A DNA stretch of 64,000 nt from Octopus vulgaris. Its lineage: Eukaryota. Below, piece by piece: positions 47,657 to 61,707 of this stretch (positions are counted from its first letter, which is position 1; every line of letters starts with the position of its first letter). Below the pieces are notes generated by a model. It ran no database searches. It was not told the DNA's origin and saw nothing but the letters and a program-made list of their open reading frames with translations. The translations under genes and the position numbers were made by a program. The DNA lies in contig OX597817.1 of assembly GCA_951406725.2 (NCBI GenBank), forward strand, positions 161,510,001 through 161,574,000, in the 5' to 3' direction.

Positions 47657-50459
47657 TTAAAACATAGTTGTCCAAGACTGGGTCTTTGGATAAGCCCATG
47701 CTACAATTGCAGTAATAACACAGTCTTAAATAAATATTGTTTTAATTGCAGTGGGATCAATGTGAAAGCAAGGAGTAATTTTTATTGGCAGAATAAGATG
47801 CTGCTGCAAATGAGGTGTCAATCCAACAATGGGGAGAAGTGGTCAGCTATTAGAAAGAATATCTCTGGAAATTGCATGTTCCAACCATGTGAAATATTGA
47901 TTTCCTAGCATCAGTTGAATTCATCTGCACAGAATCATCATTTGATTTCATGTCTAGTAACCATATCTAAATTGTTAACCTACATCTATCCCTTGGTACT
48001 ATCTTGTAACACATTTCCACCAAAATGTATTAGAACACTAATCTAGATTTAGTTTAATTTTAACAGAATGGTAAAATAATTTAGTTTAATGTTTAAGTCA
48101 TTAGCCAGTCTTGTATAAGCATGTTTTTCTGAGTTACTATAAGCTACAAGCTAATGTGTTTTGAAGCTGTACTCAAAATGCATTAATCTTTTAGAGTTAT
48201 TATATTGATTTCCCACAAGTCCTCAAAATAAGATTGGATGGAACACAGTTGATTGAACTGATCCTAGTATATTACTGATACACACTATCCCTTTTGTTTT
48301 CATATTTCAACTAAAATACAGTGCTTTTGTTTCAATTAATTTAGAAAATAATGAATCAAAATAACATTGTCATTGTTAAGCTGGTGTTTGACACATAATT
48401 TAACATTTTGATGGCAGATTATAATCTCAATCACTTTAAAACAGGAAGCTTGTATCACAATTGAAATAAGTGAGCAACAGTGAATTCTAACAGTATTTCA
48501 ATTCATAATGTAGGAACATTTGTACCCTTCTGATTCTTTTATTGCCTAGAACTGATACATACCAACTAATAATAAATGTGATAGCCATACCCAATTCTAA
48601 AACAAAAACCATGCTATTATGCATATGTTGAGATAAGCAAATAGACTGCTCAGATGCAGGGTTCTAAAGAAAAAAAAAACAACAAAAAAACTCTAAAAAT
48701 TCAAAATCCAACTCTGACCACTTAAGAAACAGGGACAATACCTTTCTACAGGATAGAAAACCAAGAAGAAAATGACAATATATAACACAGGACCCAAACA
48801 TTTATAATTGTAAGTTTCAATTGGCAACGATAGATTTTTGGAATATATTTTAATGACCTACCCCCACCACTACCAAAAATGAAACAATCTTACAATCAAA
48901 TGTATATGAGAGATATAGACAGAATATTGCTCTATACAAGCCACAGTAATTCTATTTTTATTATCTAAAACAACCTGCTTTTATGTTCCAACTCTAAACA
49001 GCTTGGATTTTTCCCACCTTCCTTACTCTACTTTCTAAAAATTAACAGTTAACTTGGAACATTCCAATTGATACCCTGTAATTTAGGTTATATTGATTTT
49101 ATCTAAAAGAGATCTATAACAGTACAAATAATTGTTTCTTACATATGCAGAGAACTGGAGATTCTTAGTGGATAGATGAGCAAGACATGACATAGCAACT
49201 TCCTTAAGACATTTATAAGTGAACTGATGTGGTTCTAATTTGAAAATGAAACCAAGCTTTCTTTTTCAAAGTATTAATTAGCAAAATAAATGAAACAAGA
49301 GTATGAGTTGGAGAAATAACGGAGCCTATTTGTGTCTGAAAAATTATTAATATCTCAAATCGTCACAAGACCAAAAATTTGGAGAAATGTGTTAGGTAGG
49401 GGAAGGTTTATATTGACACTACCTCCTGCAGATGCCCAATACTGGTTCACTCACCTAAGAGAAAGGATAAGTAAAGTAGGCCAAGTAAAGAGATGTTCAT
49501 TACTGCAAGCAAAACGAATTTAATTGCCACAAGGGAGACCAGATAAGAGGACATTACAGGGACATATAACAGGAACAAAGTGAGTGTGAGAAAATAGGCA
49601 TCAAAAGCAACAGAATGGAAAGAAATGAAATCTCCCAAAACGACATCTACTTTAAGCCAATCGGGGCACTCTATAGACAAGATTTCTCTTACTGCTTAGA
49701 GCAATGGCCCCTTCTAGCTGTTTTTTAGTAGGCATGTATTCCAGTTGTTCAAGCCAGTACTTGCCACTCTTAGATCCACCTTTCAGCATATTTATTGCAG
49801 GCCAACACCACCTCCTTTCAAGTGGTATTTGAATATGATGAGAACTTGGTCAAAGAGGTGTGTCTTTAGTCCTTTCAATCTTGTCTACCATATAATTTCT
49901 TTTTTATTACCCACCAGAAGAATATTGTCTCTGTTTTCTAGTCAAAAGGTGACAGGGCAATTTTTACAGTGGACACATAACAAAGTGTAAAATAGTTTGA
50001 TTATGTAAAGGACAATAATGCGATGGAACTTCTGGTTTCCTACTTTCCTACAGCAAATGTACTTTAAGATCAACACATTTCACTACATATCTGGCAAGAC
50101 CACCCCTAAAATTTTCATGGCCCAACATCAGTGATTCTTGACATTTTAGACTTTGTAGTGCACTAGAGATCAGGTAAAACATTACTAACAAACTTCATTT
50201 GGAAATTATAAAGCAGAAAAGAATCATTGCATAACATATTTATTAATCATATGTATGACAAAATTATAACCTATTTTTCAAAATCTGCAGAGCACCAGAC
50301 ATCACTTGTAGTATGTCAGTGTAGAATGCATCAAATCAGGATTGTTAGAGCAGGTTCTTTGAAAAAAATCTAGGGTTCCATGAGATGAGGTGTCTTTAAA
50401 AAAAAATTTCATTTTATAAAATACTAGTATTTACCATTTCTAATATGAATTATGTTTTT

Positions 50460-50598
50460 CTTATGACCACTTTCATGTGGCTGTCAACTAAGAGACAGCA
50501 ATACTGCCATTTAACCCCAGAAAGACATCTCCTCCAGCTGGGGTTAAATGGCAGTTTCATTGTCTCTTAGAAAACAGCCACATTAAAGTGGTCATAAG
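50460..50598. repeat. Fold-back inverted repeat (about 61-bp arms, 17-nt loop)
   Basis: CTTATGACCACTTT.ATGTGGCTGT..CTAAGAGACA...ACTGCCATTTAACCCCAG pairs with CTGGGGTTAAATGGCAGT...TGTCTCTTAG..ACAGCCACAT.AAAGTGGTCATAAG. Confidence 0.93.
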
Positions 50599-51962
50599 CA
50601 ATACTTTTTGGTTTGTATACTGCTCCTATCTCAAACAGATTTTTTAATGGACTAGTTTTTAATATGAACAAATTTTCTCATATCTTACATGAAATTTGCA
50701 GTAGCCAAAATTTGGGACCCCACCCCACCACCATTTCTATAATTTGAAACCAGAGAGATACCACTTCACTTTCAGCTGTAACAAAAACTGAAAAATCTAA
50801 CAAACATAACTTCATGTGAGTCAGATATTAGAATTTTTGATAGTTACTCCATCAATGATGTAGCAAGTGAGAACAAATATATTTTAGAAATCCAATCAAG
50901 TGAAAATTTTTAATAATCTCAATAACTTGAAATTAATGATTACTTCTCATTTCCTCTATGAAAATGTTCTTGACAGCTTTGCAGGGATGAAAATTAGGCA
51001 TTCACGGAAGCTCCTCAGTATTATGACACCCACTATTTAAACCTTTTGATACCAACCAACCTGAGACCAATCCAGGTCCCACAATACAAGATTAAAACAT
51101 TACCTTAAAATTTCAATTTATGTTCCAAACACCATCTTAACAACAAAGTTGTGGCACTAAATTCATTATTTTCAAAATTTATTGAAACAAAAGACTATAT
51201 TTCAGCAGAAATATGTTAATAACTTTCTTGGACACTGTATAGATGATGCTTGTTACCAGTCAGTAATAGTTTTTGTAGTCTGGTTGGTTTATTACCAAGC
51301 TAAATACATTTTCAGCAATATATGGCAGGTAAGCCCATAAAATAAGGCACAAAAGTAGGGAAGGTTTGTGAGAAGATACTAGGTACCACTGTAGTTATAA
51401 ACATAGCCACACCTATGCCCACATATATATATATATTATATATATTGTATATTTATTTACAGATGGATGTATATGTGTACTTGTCTTGACAGAATGTGAT
51501 TGTCCTAAATGAGTATTGCCATTATACAAGCAGTGTCAATTTCCACTATCCCTCTGAAAATGTGTCTGGCTATGGGGAAATGTTACCTTGCTTGGATATT
51601 GAGGGCTGGCAACAAAAGAGCATCTAGCCAGAGAAAATGTGCCTCAATAAACTTCATGACCCATGCAAGCATGAAAAATTGGACATCGAAACAATGAGGA
51701 TGATGATTATATATTTATGAATCTTTTTTCAGTTTCTGTTTACCAAATCCACTCACAAGACTATAGTACAGGATGCCTACAATGCCAAACAGTGGGACTG
51801 AACTCAAAGCTATGTCACTGGGAAGTGAGCTTCTTAAATTTTAGTACCTGCTTGTGTGCACACATGCACACGGTCTATCAGCTTTGAATGCTTACCTCAA
51901 ATTCTCCTGGAAATCTCATATGTCAACAAGGAAATCACTTAAGTGACTTCCCTCATAAAACC

Positions 51963-52062
51963 NNNNNNNNNNNNNNNNNNNNNNNNNNNNNNNNNNNNNN
52001 NNNNNNNNNNNNNNNNNNNNNNNNNNNNNNNNNNNNNNNNNNNNNNNNNNNNNNNNNNNNNN
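51963..52062. other. Assembly gap (100 N)
   Basis: Run of exactly 100 N, probably a placeholder of unknown size. Confidence 0.99.
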
Positions 52063-52070
52063 CATACACA

Positions 52071-55000
52071 TGATTGATTGATTGATTGATTCCAGTTTCA
52101 GCTTATGAGCTGTGGCCATGCTGGGGCACCGCCATTTGGTGTTGCTACTTGCTTTCACTTCATGGAGGCTTTCTAGCAACTGCTATTTGGTGCATGAGAG
52201 AGTTCGATGCAGCTGCCCTCATCTGCCCCTCCTGCCGTGAAGTTGCTTCATCTGGGACACCTGACAGGAAGAGATCCAGCTCCATTTTAAAGACATCTGT
52301 ATCCACCCCATGCAGGTCTCTCAGGTTCATCGGGAGGATATTGAAGAGCTGTGGGCCTCGGAAGCCCAGGCTATCACAGAATCTTGTCCTACATCTTGAT
52401 GGCAAGTTTGGAGTCCTAGGCACCACGCAGTGGCGCCCAGTTCTGGCGTTTGCATAACTCTCGATGCCAAAGTTCAGGATACTTCCCTCCAGGATCTTCC
52501 AGATGTATATTATGGCATATCTTTCCCGCCTACGCTCCAGGGAATATAATTTTAATCTCTTGAGTCTTTCCCAGTAGCTTACATTCTGCATAGAGGCTAT
52601 CTTCTTCGTGTAGCTTCGTTGGATCGCCTCAAGTTCTGTGATCAACTTGACACTGGATGGTGACCATAGCTGAGAGCAATAGTCAAAGTGACTTAGGACA
52701 AGTGTCTTCCAGAGGACCATCATGGTTTCTTGTTCTCTTGTTCTAAAGGTTCTAAGAATCCAGCCAGCCAGCCGTCTGCATTTCACTGTCAGTTTAGCAA
52801 CATGTACATGAAAGGTCGCGTCATCACTCATGTGAATACCCAGGTCACGCACTGATTGTGCCTCTGGGATTGCAATCCCTCCGGGTCCAGTGTATTCCTT
52901 TGGTATTGCATTCAGTTTTGCATGCTGATAGTATAAAGCTTGAAACTTTTCAGCATTGAACTGCATGCTATTCTTTTCAGCCCACTTGTATATTTCGTCC
53001 AGCTCATATTGCAGGTGCCTAGTGTCTTCAGGGTTCTGTATTGCCTGTGAAACTTTTGTATCATCTGCATAACTTGTGATCGTGGCTCTCCGCGTGGCTG
53101 AGGGCATGTCTGAGAGGGCCATTATGAACAGTAGTGGTCCCAAAACAGTGCCCTGTGGAACACCGCTCACTATTTGCGTGCTAATGGAAGTGGCCCCATT
53201 GGCTACTACCACCTGACTTCTATTCTTCAGAAAGTCGTGAAGCCATTCTCCTAGTTTTCCAACTATGCCAAGATCACGCAGTTTGTGACATATCATTCCA
53301 TGATCGACTTTATCGAAGGCCTTTGCGAAGTCGAGATATATGACTTCCACATTTGAGTGGTTGAGCAGTTGTTTCAGCACCCAGTCATAGTGCTGCAGGA
53401 GCTGAGTTAAGCAGCTTCTTCCTGGTCGGAAACCATGTTGGGTGTCAGGCAGCAAGTCATTTTCTTCAAGGAAGGTGATTAGTTTCCTTCTGACTATTCG
53501 TTCCATGACCTTGCTGATGTGTGAGGTCAGAGAGATAGGTCTGTAGTTCTTGGCCTCCGCTCTGCTACCTCCTTTATGAATAGGGCATATTTTACCTTCC
53601 TTCAGTTTTCTTGGAAGTTTGCCAGCTGCAAGGAAGCTCTGAAAGAGGAACTGCAGTGGTCTTGCTAAGACTCTCTTACATACTTGAATTGTTGAAGTAC
53701 TCGCGCGTCGATGTCCGGCGGAGGAGAGACATTCAGGCCAGTTTTGTTTGAGGATCTCTTTCTCAATTTGTTTTCCAGTTTGCCTTATTGAAGTTCAAGC
53801 TGGAAAGATTCCTGAGTGAGTTTCTTGTGAAGCTGCATGTCCGTGTTTCTTTGGCCCGTACATGGTCAGCTCTCATCATGTTGTGGATCCGAGTAGAAAT
53901 GGTCGGTGTCACTTTCACATTATGGATGAGATCCATATTATTTGTGTAGCAGAGATCCAGTGTGTTACCTGCTCTGGTTGGTTGCAGTACTACTTGCTCC
54001 ATGTACAGGGTGTTGGTGAGGTTCAGGAGGGACCTTCGCCTGTCCACGTTCACATCTTGTCATTCCTGGGAGAAGAAAGGCCCTCGGGCCATCTGAGACC
54101 TTCGGTAGATTGAAGTCTCCCCTTGAAGTACACTTATGTGTTGGCTTAATGCTAGAACTTCTTCTATTTTTAAAAGGCAGTCCTCGAACTTGCCCATATG
54201 ACTTGGGGCATCTGGAGGGCGATATGTAGCACACACAACTACATCAAGTTGCCTTATGTGTACAATTAGTGTGTCACACACCGAGTTTGAGTACTGACAA
54301 AGGACCTGGGGTGTAAGAGGTCCCCACGGATGTACATAGCAACTCCTCCATGACTCCTTTCTTTCCTTGTTTGGTCCTGCACAACATACTGTGGTATGTG
54401 TGTAATTCTCGGGCACCATCTGTTGTGTCCGGTTTCAGATGCGTTTCTGTGAGTGCTATGCATAAGGCTTACCTGCATGCGACAAAGTCTCTTGTAACGG
54501 GACTTTTGTCCCGTTACTGTGTGTTAAAAACCTCTCATATTCAGTAGGAGCATCGAGGCGAGGTGTATGCTGTTGCCGGCGTTGTCCACCCTGGGTCCAT
54601 CTGCTGTGGCGGTCTTGTGAACATGTGGGCAGTTCCATCTGTGAGCCTGGAGGCCTGATGGAGTCAGGTTAACTGCTGTACAATCTTTTGTGCCATGCAC
54701 AAAAAAGATTTTTGCTCAGTAGCTGCCCTTTCAACAACACGTTGGTGGTTTGTGGTACGCACTATTACTCCGTACCTCCGTTTTGGGGCAGGGTGATGCC
54801 TGGTCTATCCCATTTCCTTTCGGTGGTTGGTTTCTGTGGCAGGGTCCCGGATGTGGTGCGGCAGCTCCGTACCTTTCCTCTCCCATGCCGGCAGGCAGCT
54901 GCTTTCAGGTAGAACCTACACACCCGTGTGCGCTGCTTATGCCCATCCTTTTTTGGCATATGGACCGTTAGGGTTTGCCTCTGTCCCTGGCTGCCTTCTG
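52071..55000 (-). mobile_element. CR1-group non-LTR retrotransposon (LINE), 5'-truncated, with an internal deletion
   Basis: Collinear ORF1 remnant with a Cys/His motif (VCRFYLKAAACRHG), frameshifted APE endonuclease (HGGVAMYIR, YRPPD, GDFNLP, PTRAGNTLDL, NFNKANW), RT domain, 3' UTR and (ATCA)n tail at 52071-52090. Confidence 0.93.
52160..53680 (-). CDS. LINE ORF2 reverse transcriptase domain (open 506 codons; includes ORF 52160..53506)
   Basis: KNYRPISLTS, QHGFRPGRSC, YLDFAKAFDKV, SGVPQGTVLGPLLF, YADD, RDLG, LYSLERRRERY. The frame stays open 58 codons upstream of the listed Met. Confidence 0.95.
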   Translation of the reverse strand, partial: CKRVLARPLQFLFQSFLAAGKLPRKLKEGKICPIHKGGSRAEAKNYRPISLTSHISKVMERIVRRKLITFLEENDLLPDTQHGFRPGRSCLTQLLQHYDWVLKQLLNHSNVEVIYLDFAKAFDKVDHGMICHKLRDLGIVGKLGEWLHDFLKNRSQVVVANGATSISTQIVSGVPQGTVLGPLLFIMALSDMPSATRRATITSYADDTKVSQAIQNPEDTRHLQYELDEIYKWAEKNSMQFNAEKFQALYYQHAKLNAIPKEYTGPGGIAIPEAQSVRDLGIHMSDDATFHVHVAKLTVKCRRLAGWILRTFRTREQETMMVLWKTLVLSHFDYCSQLWSPSSVKLITELEAIQRSYTKKIASMQNVSYWERLKRLKLYSLERRRERYAIIYIWKILEGSILNFGIESYANARTGRHCVVPRTPNLPSRCRTRFCDSLGFRGPQLFNILPMNLRDLHGVDTDVFKMELDLFLSGVPDEATSRQEGQMRAAASNSLMHQIAVARKPP

Positions 55001-56656
<1,656 letters not shown>

Positions 56657-56659
56657 TCA

Positions 56660-57093
56660 GCACCGTTTAACCCCAGCTTTCCATGGTAGCATGGGTTGGA
56701 CGATTTGACTGAGGTCTGGCAAATTAGACGGCTGTACCAGATTCCAATCTGACCTGGCAAAGTTTCTACAGCTAGACACTCTTCCTAACTGTAACCCACT
56801 CCGAGAGTGTAGTGGGCGCTTTTATGTGACACCGGCACAAGGGCCAGTTAGGTGGTACTGGCAACGGCCACGCTCAAATGGTTCTACTTATGTGCCACCT
56901 GCACAGGAGCCAGTCCAACAGTCGAATGTTTTTCTTTTCACATGCCTCCTGCACAATTGCTAGTAAGGCGACGCAGGTAACGACCATGCTAGAATGGTGA
57001 TTTTAACGTGCCATCAGCACGCAGGCCAGCTTGTTCCTCTGGCAACGTTCTCACTCATATGGTACTCTTAGCGCTCCACTAGCAACGGATGCT
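56660..57093 (-). mobile_element. RTE 3'-end/SINE-like repeat copy
   Basis: Aligns to the 21335 and 37846 family, with several internal subrepeats. Confidence 0.8.
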
Positions 57094-57193
57094 AGACATA
57101 TACATGGATATATATATATATACACATGCATATATTTATACATATGTATATACACGTGTATGTAATATACACATGCATACATACATTTATATA

Positions 57194-57578
57194 TCTCTCT
57201 CTATATAAACGGCAGTTTGTCTGTGCGTGTTTCTGTGTGTCTGTTTTCTCGTACCCTCACTCTGACCACGGCTTTCAACCGATTCTGATGAAACTTGACA
57301 CACACATAGCCCAATGTCATAATTCAAAACTAACGCAGCGAAAATTTTGAAAAGTTCCCCCAGTTCTGAAAAAAATCGATAAATTCGACATGGGGTCGAG
57401 AATTAGAAACCCAAACCACAGACCGTCTAGGGGACGCAACTCTACCTTTTTTAACTCTCAAAAAAAATTTACCATCATTTGTTTTCCATTTTTTTGCTAT
57501 TTTTTGGCTATAACTCTCTAAAAATGCTTTATAGTTATTTCCCTTACAAACCTGAGCAACGCCGGGCGATACTGCTAG
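57194..57578 (+). mobile_element. Non-autonomous Helitron
   Basis: A|TC start (TCTCTCTCTATATAAACGGCA), subterminal GC hairpin CCTGAGCAACGCCGGG, CTAG|T end, no TSD. Confidence 0.8.
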
Positions 57579-57746
57579 TATATACATATATGCACACATA
57601 CATATGCATACATATCCTGTCCTCATCTAAAATAAGACAGTCTTAACACTAGTGTTGCCTACAGTGCCACTTTAAACAACATTAGTGATATGGATAGAAA
57701 AGAAAATGATACTCGGAGAAAAAGGAATCTCCACTCATTCTTTCAG

Positions 57747-57917
57747 ATCATCATCATCATCGTTTAACGTCCGTTCTCCATGCTAGCATGGGTTGGACGG
57801 TTCGACCGGGGATCTGGGCAGCCAGAAGGCTGCACCAGACTCCAGTCTTATCTGGCAATGTTTCTACAGCTGGATGCCCTTCCTAACGCCAACCACTCCG
57901 TGAGTGTAGCGGGTGCT
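57747..57917 (-). mobile_element. RTE 3'-end/SINE-like repeat, truncated young copy
   Basis: Nearly identical to 37849-38018. Confidence 0.85.
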
Positions 57918-58383
57918 ATATAATAATGTACCAACAATTTTCTTATTCTTCTATTTATGTGTATATATCAGGAATATGCAGCCTGGGTAGGCAGTGCCTA
58001 CCCTGAATAAAATATATTGGTAGAAACATTTTTCCTGTTATGGCAAAATATACGCCTAATTCAATAAAATTATGAAGGTTTCTCTAATTAGTATGCACAA
58101 AATACATAATATTTTGTTTTGAAGATTAGGTATGCAGAATTTGTCCCTGCCTTTCAATTTCAGTATTTAAGCTATGCATATGACTGCTGTAGTACACGTG
58201 TTGCGTACATTCCTACAACGTTCTCTTTATGTGCCATAAAGGTAGAAGTAAATCTGCCCACAACTCAGCTGCACGAATGCGTTTCGCATATTTTTTTGTT
58301 TTACTACTAAAACCTCACCAACTCCTTGCTTGAGCAATTACTGATAGCACGTGTGTTTGTATGTAAATGTATATAAATATATG

Positions 58384-58542
58384 TAGTCATGCCCAAAAGT
58401 TTGGAACATCTTTTTGAAATTAAAATAGTTATGCCAAAGTACAATTCAATTCAGATATATATATATACTATGTATCTATTTGGACACTTAATATAAAAAT
58501 TCTAATTTGCAGGCCTATATTCCAAACTTTTGGCCACAACTG
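58384..58542. mobile_element. Tc1-like MITE
   Basis: Imperfect TIRs TAGTCATGCCCAAAAGTTTGGAA / TTCCAAACTTTTGGCCACAACTG followed by TA. Confidence 0.65.
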
Positions 58543-59281
58543 TATATAAGCACAGCTGCACATGTGCTCACCAAGCCAGCAGTCACTTTTTGTATGCATA
58601 CTTGATACCTTTAATATCCTGGAATATGTTAAGACCTTGCCAAAGCAATAAATAGCTAACGCCCTAACAATCTCACCAATTATAACTGACCCTCTACATT
58701 CACAACCCAAATTTCCATAACCCTCAAAGTCTAGTTTCCATGAATTAAAATACTTGTTTTCCAACAGAAGTAAAAGTTTTGCCAAATTCAAATTTTTAGC
58801 TACACTACTTACTACAACTGACACACTCACCCTCTAGGGCTGAGAATGTGGACTAGATAGCATATCTGTACTACATCCAATAGGCCATCTGGTGCTTATA
58901 CAGCCTTTAAGAACAAAGTTCAATTTTAATCCCAATGACTTGCACTTCAGATAAAGCCTCAAGCAACCCAGGCCTTGTGAGTGAAATTACAAAACCATGA
59001 ATATGGACCAAACCTGTATTTCAAGACACAACCACGTCAGAACTGTGCCGATTTTACTCAAGTATTACATTAACAGTATATAAGAGTCTCTGAATACTCA
59101 ACCACTAACATTACACAGTACATAAATCATTTGGTCGTACAACTGGAGTACCTGTTTATTGACCTCAACAAGAGCCCAAATGTTTCACATCTCACTGAAG
59201 CAAAGTGCATATTTCAACCATACAACACCCAGAGATGTTCCAATCGGGCATGACTGTGACTGTGTGGTGAAAAGTCTACTT

Positions 59282-59862
59282 CCGAAAGGAAGCTATGGAA
59301 GAGGGAGACCCAGGAAGACATGGGACGAGATGGTGAAGCATGATCTTCAAATTTTGGGCCACATGGAGGCAAAGACTAGTGACCGAGATGGATGGCGATA
59401 CGCCATGCTTAAGAAAACCTATCAAGCCAAGTTAAATCATAGCTGTGGTCGTTGTCAGTGTCACATAAAAAGCACCATTCAAGAGTTGGGTCTCATAACA
59501 GTAATGTGGCCAATACTGGTGTTGCATAACTAGCACCCATGTTAGTGGCACAGAAAAAGCACAGAGTCCTGGGCCTCATAGCAATAATTAAGACTTTTGA
59601 CAATATGCTGTGCTTGAGAAGATCCATCATGCCAATTGAAATCGTAGTCATGGCAGATATTGGTATCATGCAAACTGACATCTGTGCCAGTGGCATGTAA
59701 AAGCACCTATTACATTCTCAGAGTGGTTAACATTAGGAAGGACATCCAGCCATAGAAACCATACCAAATCAGACTAGAGTCTGCTGCAGCCCTTCAGCTT
59801 ACCAGCCCTGGTCAAAGAGTCCAACCCACGACAATATGGACAAGAGCCGCTAAATGATGATG
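59282..59862 (+). mobile_element. RTE-clade LINE 3' fragment (ORF C-terminus, 3' UTR, (GAT)n tail)
   Basis: GRGRPRKTWDEMVKHDL...DRDGWR is the RTE C-terminal motif. The 3' UTR is the reverse complement of the repeat family at 37846 and 57747. Confidence 0.85.
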
Positions 59863-60150
59863 GTTCTGGGTTCAGTTTCACAGTGTGACACTTTGGTTTC
59901 TTGTGAGTAGATTTGGTAGATGGAAACTGAAAACAGGTCAAGTACCATGTAGTGGGACCAAGCAAACTTTTCAAACCACAGTCACACCTACACTCAAGTA
60001 TATATTTCCCAGACAAGTCACTAAAATATTTAGCACAGTTGCAATATCTGGCGAAAATTTTTAGATTTTCATAGATTATCAGAGAATCATACAAATGCAT
60101 TTTCCATGATAATCTTGTTTGTAAGACGTGTGTGTGTGTGCTTATATATA

Positions 60151-60506
60151 CTAGCACTATGACCCGGCAACGCCTGATCATAGTGCTAGTGCATGCATGC
60201 GTACATACACGCAAGTACTGTCCAAATCTCCGACCAATCACATACAGCTAGCTGGCATTCAATTGGCGTATCAAGTTTCGGGCATTTTGATTGGGTTTTG
60301 GATAGAAAATTCACAAAAAAGTCACTTTTATTGATCTTTTTAATGGCTTTGCGGGGTGACTGGGGAAATGTAAAGATGTGCACGACCACCCTTTGATGGT
60401 TTTGAATGACCATAGAAAGTGCGAGTCCCTCTAACTGAAAAATTGTGGATTTGTATAAAGGACACACACACAGTCAGACATTTTGCCGTTTATATATATA
60501 TAGAGA
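60151..60506 (-). mobile_element. Non-autonomous Helitron (second family)
   Basis: Minus strand starts A|TCTCTATATATATATAAACGGCAAAATGTCTG, like the 57194 element, and ends in hairpin CTAGCACTATGA...TCATAGTGCTAG|T. Confidence 0.75.
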
Positions 60507-61707
60507 TATGTATATATGATAGATAGATAACAGTTTTAAGGTATGCAAAAATAATTCTAGCTTTCAGGTATATCTATGAAGTCATTGTACTGACAACTAG
60601 TGACTTCCTATATTAAATCCATGCAATGGTTAGTGAATAAATGGCATTGATGTATGTATTTCTAGTACTTTGAAGTAAACTTCTAAATTACTTTTTAAAA
60701 AAACAGTCTTTTCACATTTATCAGACATTTTTATATGTAAATAGCTTCATTAAAATCAGCATATTTTCCCTTTAGTTTTCTGCAATTTCTTTCAGAATGT
60801 AACTTTATGTAAGATGGAAACACTGTGTGATGAAGACTTTAAATACTAGCCACCAGCACACAGCGAATATTTTCAATATTCCTACCATTACAACTTTTTA
60901 ATGTCATGTATATTATACCCGAAGATTTCAAAAACTATGTTTGTTATCCAAATCGTTTTGGAATGTGTTTTATGGTTAAATATATTAAACAAGAAAAGTT
61001 CAAGTCATACTAAATGTTGGAAGACATTATGCAAATTTGACAAGTAATCTTACATGAAGTAATAAATTTTCTTTAAAATTTCATTGAAAGGCAGGGAAGC
61101 ATCTTATATGTTTGCATATACACCAATGCATGTGCACACCTATTACATACACTTATACAGATGCTGTTTCCTTGCTAAGAAAAATTTATTACCAAATGTG
61201 ATTACTGGCAACAGATTTGCATAATTTCTATAAACAGAATTGGTATGACAGACATTTTCTGTATAATATAATAACCATAAACCTACCTTCCAAGAGGATT
61301 TGTGTGTTTGTGTATACACACCCAATCCTGAAATATTAAGATTTTTTAGTTAAAATAAAATTTAAAGACAATATACTACTAGTAAAGAACCATGGTTACA
61401 GGTAGTAACTGATCCCTTTACATTACCAATGCCCTTAGATTTATTAAACTGCCAGTGATAATGGTATATAAAATCTGACAGGGCCGATGAAAGAGATGAC
61501 TAAGCACCTGTGGAGGACACAAGTCTATTAAAGACTCCTTTTATTTATTTAAGCTGAAACATCTGACCCTGAAAGAATAAGGATTGCAGCAGTCTTAGTG
61601 CAATAACTGACCAATCTCAAGGAAGACGAAAAATAATAATAAACAAGTGCAAGTGACAAAACTTAGAAAATAATTGAACCTTATTTTACTTGCAGACGGC
61701 AAGGCGA

